Of a stretch of 64,000 nucleotides of DNA, positions 22,407 to 35,300 are shown piece by piece. The notes below the pieces were generated by a model. It made no database searches, was not told the origin of the DNA, and was given only the letters and a program-made list of their open reading frames with translations. Both the position numbers and the translations under genes were made by a program. The stretch covers positions 80,574 through 144,573 of the forward strand of contig NW_003314345.1 of the NCBI RefSeq assembly GCF_000143415.4. The letters are read 5' to 3'. Within the stretch, counting starts at the first letter, position 1; the number at the start of each line of letters is the position of its first letter. Source of the stretch: Selaginella moellendorffii. Taxonomy: Eukaryota > Plantae > Lycopodiophyta.

Positions 22407-25400
22407 TCACCTTCGATTGCAGCTGCCACTCTTGTGGTTTCCAAGCCGACGCTTGTACCGCTTCAACACCGATGCAAGGTTCTCCTTCCCTTTCGGAAAG
22501 GCGACGTCTCCAGCAGCAGTCCCTGTTCTTCCCTTCCTCGCTCCGACGGCAGTCTCCACCTCCTTGATCATGTCCAGGTAGAGGTTGCCGCTCGCGGCCT
22601 TTCCACTGGGATTGCTTGTGTTCCGCCCCCACGGCCAGGGGAATGGATACGACGACCAGCCAGCCGCATCGTTGCGCCTGCCAACGAGTTGATACCCCTG
22701 CAAGCATATGCACGGCGGCAGCACGGTTCTCGGACTTAGAAACGCAGGATCCAGAATTCCCTGTAAGCACCAAGAGCGATGGATGAATGAGAAACGAAGA
22801 ACTGGAAAATAAGAAAGCAAGGAGTACCTGGAGACGATTGAGTACGTAAGTGTACTTCCCCCACAGCTCGGGCCTGCTCTCCATGAGTGCCAGCTCCAGC
22901 ACACGATGCACACACCACACTCCGAAGCTGACGAGGAGGCCGCTTCCCCAGACGCAGGAGTCGCCACAGTGCGGCACCCCGGGCACCACCACCTTGTTGA
23001 CGCTCCAGATGGACGTCCCGTTGCTATATACACTGGCGGCCTCCCCAGGCTCCGACAAGTCGAGCAGGGACTTTTCTCGAGCAGCGACACCGGCAATGAC
23101 ATCTTCGTCGCAGCCATTGTCGATCTGGAACAGCCACTCGGATCCTTCCTGCTGTAGCAGCTTCCTCACGCACAGGCGCAGCTGCTCCAAAGTGTCAAGC
23201 CCGAACTCAACCCCGGTGGAGAGTCGGAATGCCTTGGTGTTGTTGTTTGCGTTGTTCGTCGTAGCCACGGACTTCTGCTCGCCGGGAGCTCCAAAGAGGT
23301 GCTCGACTGGTCTCGACCACAGTGACTCGGTCTGTTGCGCAGCAGCCTGTATCGAGAAGCCGTCCCTGTGTGTTTGCGATGGAGAGATGTCGTCAAAGGA
23401 CAAGGTTGTTCTCTCCGAGTTCTCCGATCTCCCAATGGGATGCGAGAGTAGCGACTTGTCCAGCTCACCGGTGGCCCTGTATACGAGTGGATTCCACTTG
23501 TCTACCGAGTTGTTCGAGAAGGAGCTCCACTGCTCGTAGTCCGTGGACCTTGGTAGCCAGGACGACGTATCATCAACGCCTCGTTGACCACCTTTGGAAG
23601 CCGAGAACATGTCTTGCGTTGGCTGAAAGACACGAGTCATGGTGTCGGACTGATCAAAGTTTGCCTTGGCGTAATAAGAAGCGGGCACTTGGGAAAGGCA
23701 GCCACCTGTACGTGAAGCCACGTCCAAATGCAGGGACGAGCGTGCTCGAGCGCTTGACTGCTGCTCCACGCTGCCTGGCCTAGTGTAGGAAGCGATGTTG
23801 TACCCGTGAATTGTCGCTGGTTGGCAGTCCAGATCTTCGTGAGCTGCAAAGCTTCGCAAACTCGAGTACCGCTGGTCGCCACCTGAGTAGCCACTTTTGT
23901 AGTCGAAGCACCACCTGTTGCTCGGGCTCTGGGACGACGTAGAAGCGGCCAAGTTGGAGTGCACCCGTCCAAAGGGATCCACGGAGCCGGAAAAGCAACT
24001 CTTGTAGTCCCGCTTCGCAGCTTGTCGAGGAGCGGCGAATGGACCATTGTCGGAGTGCGTCGTCCGGCTGTTCTGAGAGACGCTTGGTTTGATCACCGAG
24101 TCGGACCTGACGGGTTGGCCGTGTAAGTCGAACAGTCGTCCCCAAAACTCATCCAGAGTAGCAGCAAATTGTCTTCGTGATGCACGCCCCAGTCCAGACA
24201 ACCTCGAGAGGCTTCCGCTTTCGCTTCCATGCGAGCATCCGTCGCTCGACTCCTTCCTGGTACTTATTACTGATTCAATCCCTTCATAAGTTAAGCTCAG
24301 AGCTGAGCTCATAACCGCGCAGTCCTGCTCGAGATTCTCCCAGCTTTCGGCTTCTTCCTCGTCCTTCTCCAGGGAAATAGCGTCCTTGTCTAGTCCGCCA
24401 ATTTCAGAGGAGGCTACTGCACTTGTTTCGCCGCTACTGTATGGAACGTTGTCGTTAGTTGGAACAGAAGTTGGCTCGGGCTCGATATGATGGTCGATAT
24501 GATGGTGATCAACACGCGAGGACGGGCATTCTTCAGTACCAACATCGGAGCTGTTGGAAGTCGCGGTAATGCTGGCTTCCTCTTCACCTGTATCTTCACG
24601 TACACTGTCGCTGAGATGGCTGGCGTCAACTTCACTTTGCTGTAACACTGGCAGGCACTCATCGGCTTCAGACTCCACCACAGTCACAGTCCCGACCTCA
24701 CTCTCCGATATCAGCTCGGCTCTTTCAGTGTTGATGATGTCCTCGACGGTTCCTACATCACTACTCCTGGAACTGTTGCCATCCAAAGGAATGTAATACA
24801 CTAGATCCTTCTCCTTGTCCATGGGCTGACCATCTTTCTCTTCAACAGCGAAAGCCGGAGTGTCGGACCTGATCGGAGCAAAGATGAGCCAGACTAGAAA
24901 GCCGACCGCAGCAGTCACCACCGTGAGAGCGACTGGCACGGTCAGAGAGTTGGAATCAGAACCAGCCACAAACTCCCAGTTTGTAGACCCCCCGAACTCC
25001 TCGCTCTGGCTAAAGAGCGTACTAAACACCAAGCAGAGGTTGAGTGATATCACGAAAGCCAATACTGACCACGCGAGCACTTCCCAAAGTGAAGAGATCT
25101 TGTTCTTCCCCATGTAAGCCGCAGACGACGTCAGCCGAATGAGAGGAACCAGCGTGAAAGGAAGCTGAAGAGCGAGTATAACCTGAGATAAGACGAGCAG
25201 CTGGTAAATCCCCTCGTTGCCATACGACCAGGCGCAAAAAACTGCGATGGTCACTGCTGCCGCTCGCATCACAAGCCGGTGACGCCATGCGTCGATACGT
25301 TTCCCGAGAAGTCCCTCACTAGCAACCTGGCTGACCAACGTCCCTGTTAGTGTCGAGAAAACTCCAGCAGCAAGCAGAGCTGAGCCGAAAGCCAGAGGCG

Positions 25401-26630
25401 CCACCGACCGGCTCAGAGCCTGGAAGTAAAAAGATACAGGAGAAAGTAAGAAAGGTGTCACAAGAGCATCTGTCATAGCATGCATACCTGTTCCATAACA
25501 ACGCAGCCGTCCTGAAGCGTAAGGACGGCAAAGCCCGCACTGTGGAAAGTTGATGCCGCTACTACCATAACAGCCAAATTGATAGCGGCAGGCATTCCGG
25601 CAGTCAGTATAAAGTCAAGGATAGTGGGAGCACAGCAAATCCGGTCGGCCTTTCGCTGCTCCTGCAACAAGACAAGGGAATAACATGAGCAAGCTTAGAT
25701 ACTCCTTTCTTCATTCTCTCTCTCTCTCTCTTTTCTCTGTTTTCACTCGAGAGCGTACCTGGCCCAGTGCGGAGTTAAGATAAAGATTGTGGGGCATGAT
25801 ATTAGCTCCCAGGAGACCAACGACAGCGTAAAGACTGTCACTTTTAAGCCTGGGCCACAGCCCTCCCAGGATGGGCACCACTGGAGGCCTGCTCACAAAT
25901 GCATTCAGCACAAAAACGAGTACCATGGACAACACGATGACCCCGAGGATAACTTCGGCCTTTCCGGGGCCCTGCGAAGAACCATACCACGGTGTGTCAG
26001 CGCAAAAAAGTTTTGGAAGAGAAAAGATCTACGCACCAGAAAAGGCACGAATCCCATCAGGAAAAACACGTCTAGAGCAACTAGCAGCGCCCCCACAAGC
26101 ACGGGAAGCCCGAGCACCATATTAAGTCCCACTGCGCTACTGAGGACCTGGAAACAAGAAGATCCGAGCATTACTCGCTGTCTCGGAGCAAAGAAGTTCC
26201 AAACTTTACGTACCATGGCACTGTCGAGAACTACCAGCGACAGCTCTGACAAGAAGAGGAGTAGCAGACACACGCCGCTGGGATACTCATCGTGACAAGC
26301 CTTTGAGAAGACCAAGTTAGCGAAGCGCTCGATCGATCGAGAAAGAAAGTGAAAGACACAAAAAGAAGGAGAAATCTTTCTCGACTGAAAGAGCTCCCCA
26401 AGTACCTGAGCCAGATGCTTGCCGCTGACGAGATTGAGATGCGTGGCCAGCGAGCGGAGCAGCAGAGCGATGAGATTGGCGAGAAAGACGACCCAGACGA
26501 GCTCATAGCCGAAGCGCGAGCCTCCCTCGATGGAGGTGGCCCAATTCCCCGGGTCGATGGAGCCAATTGAGACGAGCAGCGCTGGCGCCAGCAAGGAAAT
26601 GTAGCTGCCGCTGGGCACGCCAATCCTCAT
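22407..26630 (-). CDS. EIN2: Ethylene-insensitive 2 (NRAMP-like membrane domain plus CEND), multi-exon
   Basis: [103 protein letters not shown]. Confidence 0.95.
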
Positions 26631-26817
26631 AGCTGAGCGCTTGCCTGCTTAGCCCGCCGGAATCCAAATCGCGAGCTCCAGTCGCTGCTTCGCCATTGTC
26701 CTCCTCGGGATTCCGAAACCCTAGCTAAGAACCCTAAGGGCTTTGGTGTCATGCATGAATGGCGCGCCGCAGCGTAGAAATGTGGAGGCGCGCGTGATCG
26801 ATCCAGGCGCGCTTGCG

Positions 26818-27969
26818 ATGGGGAAGAGGAGAAATGTAAGAAATCTCATGTCATCTGCGAAGCAATCTCTCATTCTTTCTTTTTCTCCTCGCAGAGCGAT
26901 GAAGATTCCTCTTGGTCTTCTTCGTCCTCCTCTTCTTCGTCCTTGTGTGGAGCTTGCTCGAGTCGCCGGCTTCGGGCGATTGAGCTGCCGGCACCGCCGA
27001 TCCACCGCGAGGAAGGGAAAGATCGTCCAGTTTCAGCAGTAGATGCTCGAAAGTTCACGGAGATGCTAGCCCAGTTCGTGCACACGAGCAAGAGGCAGGA
27101 TGATCCAGCTCCAAGGAAGGAGATGAGCATTCTGGAAAGGAAGATCCAGCAAGCCGAATTGCTGGGCAAGGCCACTTCTCGCTCCTCCAAGAAGATGCGA
27201 CGCACCTGGAACAAGGAGGAGCAGCGCTACTACATCACCACTCCATACTTCCCCAAGCCCGACTTTAGCAAGAAAGCCAGGAAGAACAAGAGGCCTTCTT
27301 CGCCATGGATTGCTCACGAGGGGAAGAGCCACCGAGAGATCATCGCGTCTATCCAGCAAACGTCTTGGCGAGTCGCGGATAAGTTCCGGGTGGAAGAGAA
27401 GAAGGCCGAGTTTGAAAAGAGGAAGCGTCGGCTACGCAAGAATCTGTCGCTGCTCGGGTGCCCAAGGACGAATTTTCCCCTCCCGGCTTGGATTCCTCCT
27501 CGCTCCCCTCATAAGCTCATCCAGGAGAAGCTCTTCCACGACCCTTGGAAAGTGGTCATGGCTTGCATCTTCCTCCATAGAACCACCGGAGCTCAGGTAA
27601 GTCTCTTATCTTCTCGCTAAAGTGCCAAGGCCTTCCACGCAGACCAAAAAAATGCTGTGGGATTTCTTCAAGCTCTTTCCCGGTCCTCAACACTTGATCG
27701 ATGCTCCAGCCGAGATGGTCGAGCCGCTCATCAAGCCGCTTGGCTTGCACAAGAAGCGTCTCGAGCTGATTAAGCGCTTCTCGCACGAGTATCTCTACAC
27801 CGACTGGACGGACATCTCTCAGCTTCACGGTGTTGGAACGTACGCCGAGGATGCTTATATGATCTTTGTGGAGGGCCGCTGGAAAGAGGTGATACCCGAT
27901 GACGCGATGCTGGAGCAGTACTGGAACTGGCTTCACGTAAATAGCGAAGAAAAAACTGGTCTTTGCTGA
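26818..27969 (+). CDS. MBD4L: MBD4-like HhH-GPD DNA glycosylase (introns 26836-26894 and 27597-27642)
   Basis: [54 protein letters not shown] introns keep the frame. Confidence 0.88.
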
Positions 27970-28899
27970 TAGCTCTCTATCTATACTTTTCTGCGGGACG
28001 TATGACGACCACATCTGTAAAATAAAAAACGATTTTTAAGTTAGACTGTCTCGGCAAAACTGTGAATATCAATCCTACCTGGACGACTTACAACAGTAGC
28101 AGCATCGCTTTTCGACACAGATCTTGGAAGCATTGTTTTTTTTGCAGCCCACGCACTTGACATGGCACTGGGGATTCCATTTCTTCTCCCAGTCAGGCCT
28201 CTGCTTGTACAACGGCGTAGATCTGGGGCCTGTCCATACAGAAGAGTTACAAAGGCCGTAATGCGTTTGACAAGGAACGTACCATCAACTGGCTTGTTGG
28301 ATAAAGCTTGTTTGTATTGAGATGACCATGTCAAAGAAGAAAGCTTCAGCACAGCACAGAAAGGCATACCTTTCTTTTTGCGACGCTTCGGAGCTGGTAC
28401 TGGTGCTTCGAACGAGTTGTCAACTGAGACACAAAAACATTCTCGTCTTTACAGAACAGATAAAAAGAAACACAAACCTTTGTGGCCGGCGGTATAGGCG
28501 TTTCGTTCCTCGCCTGTGCGAATACAAAGTCAGAAGGAAACAATGCAAAACGTTGACGTACTTTCGCCCTTTCGGTTCAGCTTCTTCGTTTTGCCTAAAC
28601 AAAGCGGGTGAGGCCCAACACACAAAGAACAACCAAATCTGAGATTAAAACCTTTGTGCCGCGCGTGCTCCTGCTCGCCTGCGTGCATGCAAAATAGATC
28701 AGAAGAAAATCTACGAAGTTACAAAACGACGTACTCCTGGCATCTTGGTCCCGTCTTTTGCTTTTGCTTCCATGTGTTTCTTGGTTCGATTGTGCTGGTG
28801 CCACAACACGCACGCAAGTTAGCTTGATGGGAAAATTTTCATCACGTACTTTCAAATGACTGATTTTTCCTTCTGCCTTTAATTTCGACACCCGGTTCA

Positions 28900-30400
28900 C
28901 AGTCAGTAAAGTTGATAACGCGGCCAGTGTACATGTGACCTTCGATGACGAATAACATGAGCGCTACCAAGAACGCTGAACTCATAACTTACTTATGGGT
29001 TCTTTGGACAGCTTTTTCCTTTTGCCTGACTGTCGGGAACCTTCAGCTGCATCGACTATAATAAATTAGTTTCAAGTTCGACTATAAAATGTTCAAGTTC
29101 CACCTTCTTGATTTCTGCCTACAACCTCACAGTTTTGGACGACTCGTTCACTATCGCCAAAGTAGAGGATACGGCCACTGTACATCTCCCTCCCACCTGT
29201 CATAAGAACAAGAAAGCGCAATGCGGGTCCAGCAAAAACATATGGCTTACTCTCGTTGTTCCGCTTTCTCCTTTTGCCTTCTAGCGGTGAATGTCGGGGA
29301 CCTTCAGCTGCTTTTCCACGGGTAAGTTAGTACAACAGAAATTTCAGGCTTCACGTACATTCCGCCTTTTTCTTTCTTTTCCTGCGTTCAGCTCCAATCC
29401 GATCGATTGGTTCGGTGTACATCTCGCTCACATCTGCCACAAGAACGACCAAACTCAATAGTAAGAAACTCACATGAAGATATCACTTACAATTTAATTC
29501 TTTGTCGCGCTTCCTTTTTCTGCCTTCAGAGCAGACTTCACGGGGAGTTTCAGCTGCTTCCATGCGATCAGTTAGTTGGGGATCAACAGTATAACTGACG
29601 CTCTACGTACATTTGGCTCCTTCACCTTCAAGGTTCAGCACGACCGGTTCATTATCGTCGAAGTTGAGCATGCGGCCGGTGTACATCTCGTTTCCATCTA
29701 TTGCAAAAGAACGATCAGAAGCATGTCTAATGAAAGACGTACCTCTAGCCCGCATTGTCTTTTTGTCTTCATTAGAAACCATGTGTACTTGAGCTTCACC
29801 TGTGCACAAGTTAGCCGGAGCTGAAAACATTCCAACTACACATACTTTCAGGAAGATTTCTCTTTCTGCCTTCAGCTTTAAGATTTTGATCAACCGGTTC
29901 ATTGTCGTCGAAGTTGAGAACCCGACCGGTGTACATCTCGTTTCCATCTATTATTGCAAGAACGATAAGGACTATGTACTAAATGCAAGACGTACCTCTA
30001 GCCCGCATTGTCTTTTCGTCTTCAATAGAAACCATGTGTAGTTCCGACCGAGCTTCACCTGAGCACAAGTTAGCCGGGGCTGAAAACATTCCAACTACAC
30101 GTACTTTCAGGTAGAATTCTCTTTCTGCCTTCAACTTTAAGATTTTTATCAACCGGTTCACTGTCGTCGAAGTTGAGAACCCGACTGGTGTACATCTCGT
30201 TTCCATCGTCAAGTCTTCTCCTTTTGCCATGTCCGCCAGCTGCAGCTACTTCCACAAATTAGTCGGAACTCAGAACCTTTAAAGAGACGTACTTTCAGCG
30301 TCCTGATTCCTCCTCTCTTCGCCTTCGAGGGTCTGGAGAGCCGCCCCGTCGTCACCATAGCAGGGAACACAGGCGTCTACCAAAAAGGGACCCCGATAAA
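28900..30400 (-). repeat. Tandem ~240-260 bp repeats (6-7 diverging units) with exon-like coding modules
   Basis: The 'tgtacatctc' core recurs at ~28930, 29180, 29417, 29680, 29930 and 30190. Minus-strand peptide: MYTGR.LNFDD.EPV. Confidence 0.75.
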
Positions 30401-31026
30401 ATTTCAAAATCTAAGAAGTTTGATATACGTACTTCCAGCTTCTTGATCCAGCCTTCTCTTTTCCACGTCAGTCCTTCTTTCGGCTTCAAGGGGTTGGCGG
30501 TCGCCAGAGTCGAGGACAAGGCCAGGGTCACCATCATCTGCCACAAGAAGTTATTTTGGTCGAACTCCATAAAGAAAATAAGCACCTTCCAGTTCCTCGC
30601 CACTTGAAGGATACGCCGCAGTCAAAGGATCTGTTGCCAGTATGAGAAAACAACTGTATTATAGTAAAGCACACGCGTGAACCTGCATTAGTGCTCGCTC
30701 CTTCCCTTTGCGCTACGTGTTCTACTATCGCTGTGGAAGGGCCTGCACCTGTAGTCCGTGAAATTGGTAGAACACCAAAAAACGGGAGGAATTGGAGAGA
30801 ATAAATTACCATCACCCCTGGAATGTTGCTCGTCACGGGCAGTGGAGTTCTTGGCTTTGTTGCGGACTCGTTCTGCGTATAAATCGTGTTCAGGAGAATA
30901 ATTGCGAGCACTACAGACCTGGTCTAAGCTGTTTCCTGGTTAAATCAGATGCCTTTTCTTGCTCTGCTAGTTTTAAAAACTGTGATTGAATCGACTTTGC
31001 ATTCCCTGAAAGACTTAATTAGCGTC

Positions 31027-31858
31027 TCATGTACCTATTGACCTCAAAACGAGTACTTTTCCTGAGATCTTCGTCCTCTGCCGGCTGGAAAGAAGATAGT
31101 TAACTTCTCCGTCAAGCGAAAACACACCTGACTTACTTGTCGAGTGCTTTGGAGCTGGCCGATCTTTTGCCAGGGAAAAGAATAGTGGTGGAAAGCTTTG
31201 TATGGTGCCATTCCTTCGCTCCATAAAACGTCCAACTGCAGCGATAACGAAAAGCTTTAATCTCAAGACAAGCGTGCGATAAGTTTCTCACCGTAAACTT
31301 GCGGCATTGGCGGGACACAGAAAGAACACGGGCCGCAACCGTCGAGTTCCTGAAACAACACATACACAGGAACAAACAGATAAGAGTTTTAAAAAGAAGT
31401 AGACTCGCGCATAAAGTTACATGGAACTTTTAAAGAGGATGACATCGTCCGGACACACAACTTTGCAAAAAAGAGAGAGCTTTAGTTCTAGCGAAAACTA
31501 ACAATGCTGATATACCTCCATCACAGGGAAGAACAAAGGAAGAAGGGGGATACGAGTCCCTGAGAGTTCCACACTTTCGGCACCTGCATTCGATCGGGCC
31601 AATTCGCAAACAAGGAGGCCAATGCTTACTTGATATGGTCACGGATGCGGCGGAGGAGTTCGTGCTTGAGCCCCACGTCCGGAATCTCGTGGTATGTAAG
31701 ATAGGCTTTGGCTACATTTGTCTTGAGCTTCTCCACATCAAATCCCTCTGGAGAAGAATGGAAAAGAAAACCAAAAGCTGTGAGGATGGATGGATGGATC
31801 ATCCGCTACCTTTAATGTCGTGGATTGACACATCGTTGGTGGAGCCGCGCAGCGCCAT
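31027..31858 (-). CDS. SAP-like domain protein resembling the plant C3H62-type family; multi-exon; may extend to ~28041
   Basis: Spliced MALRGSTNDVSIHDIK/EGFDVEKLKTNVAKAYLTYHEIPDVGLKHELLRRIRDHIK, then YPPSSFVLPCDG, VAARV and DVLWSEG motifs. Confidence 0.6.
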
Positions 31859-32379
31859 GGCCGCGCATCGGCCAAGCACAAAAACCTCTGCTAAAGCCCT
31901 GCCCTAGAATGGAGCCGGGATTCGAACCGGGGACCGCCACGTGGCTGGTAAAATTACCATTAGCTGGGAGGAGATTAGGACTAAGCGGGGGCAAGGGTTG
32001 AGTTTCCGTGTGTATTGTCTCCGCCAGGGCGGCGCAGGGAAGCGCGAGCGATGCGATGACGGGGGCGAGCGGCGCCGCGCGCTGGATCAGCGGACGCTGC
32101 TGCTGATTCCCGCGAATTCCCAGGGAATTGGCGCTCCAGAGCAGGGAATTCCAGAATTGGATCGTGGTTTAGGACGATTTCTAGGACAGATAGGAGCTCT
32201 TGGATTAGGCTTGGGCGCTGTGGATTGCCGAGGGGGGTTTTTGGGAGGATTGGCAGCAGACCCCAGGGAGCAGGGAGGGGCGGTTAGAGGCGTCGCTCGA
32301 TCGATCGCGGCGGGGAGGATGTGACGACGCAATGGCATTACAGGTATCAGCTGGGTACAAAAGGGATGTGTTAGCTGCC

Positions 32380-35300
32380 ATGGAAGGCAACGAGGAGCTC
32401 GAGGAAGGCGAGGCCTGCGATGCCAACGATTCCAATTACGGTTCCGACCTTTGCTTCCCACACCTTGTACGTTTGCCAGAAAAACTTCCCTTCACTCCTT
32501 GGAGTGCTTTCTTCTGTGCGTTTTTGAGACGCCAAGGTTTCTGTCTTGCTCTTGCAGGAGCACAAGCTGGCGGAGTTTCTGGGTCACGCCCGCAAGGATT
32601 TCGAAGGTGGCTACTACCCGGAGAAATTGGGTAGGCTCCTCGCTCTCTCCCTCCTAGCACCACCGACACCAACGTTTGACATGGTTTGCAATGCAGGATC
32701 GAAGTATGGAGGCTATGGAACTTTCCTACCAACAGTACCCGCGGTTCCACCTCCGGCAGCTGCCGCTGGACGAAGATTGTCACCTCTTACGCCTTGCCGA
32801 CCGCCAGGGATCACCAACTTGGAAGTAAGGACTGCATTTTGTTGTCGTGGTCAGTGATAGAGTTTGATGATTTCTAGGTGGCGAAGCAGGCTACCACCAC
32901 GATTGTTTCGGACATGGCAACTGATCAGCATGCCTCTCCGTCCGCAAAGCCCAAGCTAATCCCCGACTCTACTGGTACTGAAGTGAAGTCTTCGATCACC
33001 CTGAGAATAAAGATGGGGAGCGAAGGTCGGGGCAGGAATGCTGCTATATACAACAGGCTCGGTTTCTCTTCGCCTTCGGCTTCTGAAGGCGAAGACGACG
33101 ATTTGTCTGGACCCGAGTCCAGCCCCGACCGAAGCCCTGCATCCATGATACAGGTAAAAGTTGTTTTTTTCCATCCTTATCTACTGTTGTTCATGTCTTC
33201 ATTTATGTTTTACGCTGCCTTTCAGATCATTCTATCACATCGGCTTCCTCCGGATGGACTTTTATCACCTTTGCCCGATCTTACGCTCAGGCCAGTCGGA
33301 AGATCCATAAAGGTGGCCGACAGTGGCTCGACCAAGACAAAAGAACGTAGGCAGTCTAGAATCACGAAAATGGAAGATGACAACCTGAAGGACTTATCAG
33401 AGGACAGTGGCAGAAAGGACATGGAGTTGGATCGTAGGCAGGCGCAGGTTAAGCAAGAGGTGCAAGAGGTGAGGAAGGAGAAGATCAAGGTCAAAAGCCA
33501 GGACGAAGCATGGAAGTTTGTTTCTATTCCTGCAAGGGCGGAGGAACAGAAGATGCCAGCGAAGGAAGTTTGTGATCTTGCAGCAGAAGACAAGGCTACA
33601 TCGAGAAAAGACTATGCTCCTGTAAAGGAACTTCTTTCTGTCAAGGATGTGCCTACGACGAAGTTACGACGCGATGAGGCATCTGTTCCGGAAGTGCCCA
33701 AGGAAGCACATCCGGAAAAAAGAAAACAAAAAGAAAACGAGTCCGAGAAGAGAGCCAAGAAGAGGCCGAAAGTAAACAGCTCATCAGGAATGGAAGCGAG
33801 TGCAAGTAAAGAAGGGAAGAAGTCTCGGGCTGAGGACAAGCCACCAAAGTCGAAGGACGAGAAGAAAAAGGAGAAGTCTGCTAAACAACAGACGAAGTCG
33901 GAGCTATCTTCTGAAGCTCTCAGGAGGGACAACCTTAAGGAGGACCCGGTTTCAGGCAAGGCAAGGGGTGGAAAATCAAAGGGAGTCAAAAGAAGCAAAG
34001 ACTTTAGCGAGCCTTTGCCTTTGGAAATGACAGATTGCTCTGATATCAAGTTCTCGGAACCGCCTCTCCAACTCCAACAGCCGGTTGCTCCTCCAGATGT
34101 TGTCCCTCTACCACCGGCAATCATTAACGAGAATTGGGTAGAGTGTGACGATTGCCACACCTGGCGACTTCTTCCTCCGACTATGGATCCTCCCAAGCAG
34201 TCCGATAGGTGGCGGTGCGAGATGATCACATGGCTGTAAGTTCTTTTTCTCTTCTTGGCTTTCTTCTTTTCGTTATATGCGTCGTCATTTTGGCCAGGCC
34301 TCCGGGAATGAACAACTGCAGAATCTCCGAGGAGGAGTCGACAAATGCTGTCTACAACGCCCTTGGAATTTCGAGTGCTAGTTTACCTGCGGTTCAATTT
34401 TTGGCTCCCCCCGCACATCCGCCACCTCCTGTAGCAGAAATGTCTTCCAAGCTTAATCACACTAAAAAGGCTCCGAGGCCAGATTACAATGAGGAGGCAC
34501 CTGGGAAGTCTCGTGCTTTAGATGTCAAGCCCGCGAAGCATGCCGTTAAGAAGAAAGAAAAGTCCAAGAAGCATTCTGAAGGTCTGTTCTTTTATATCTT
34601 TCTTCTCTGGTTCTTACACTTGTGGTTTTCCAGTTGACGAGTCTCGACTAGCTAAAAACATTCAGACTCAAGAAGAAAAATCTAAAGATCCGCACGACAA
34701 AGCGAAAAAGAAAAAGAGAGCCTTGAGTGAAGATATCCACATGTCCAAGAAGATGAGACCCGAAGATGGGAGTTTACATCAACGTGGACGATACCCCCAT
34801 GCGGACATTCCCAACGAAGAGACTTTTGCGGACGAGGATGCTGAGTCGCACGAGAAATCTGCTGGCAAAAGACCGGTTGATGCCAAGGGTGGCAGGAAGG
34901 ACAAGCCAGACGAATCCAGAAAGGATAGGAGGGTTCAAGACGTGGAAGGAAGCAGCCAGCGTGCAAGGTACGAGGACAGCGAACGGGAGGAGGCAGGGAA
35001 GGCTTCGAAGCTTTTCAAGCCCGAGAAGAGTAGTACAAGAGGGAAAGCGGTTCGCGTGGTTGACAGGCAGCGGATATCCAACCGAAGACTTCTTCGAGGC
35101 TCAGCAATGACGGCGTGGAACCACGAAAGAAGAAAGGATCGGAGAACTGCTCGCCATCCTATGAGTCTGTAGACACGTTCAAAGGCCGGGGGGCTGACGA
35201 CGCGAGGAACGCAGGCGACTTCTCCGAGAAGGAAGCCAGAAGGAGTCATCCTGAGCACGGGAAGCTCTTGAATGACTGGGACGAGTTTAATGAGCAAAGC

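Noticed and set aside
31905-31965. Intact tRNA gene
   Set aside because: A T-loop is present but no acceptor stem or D-arm can be formed.
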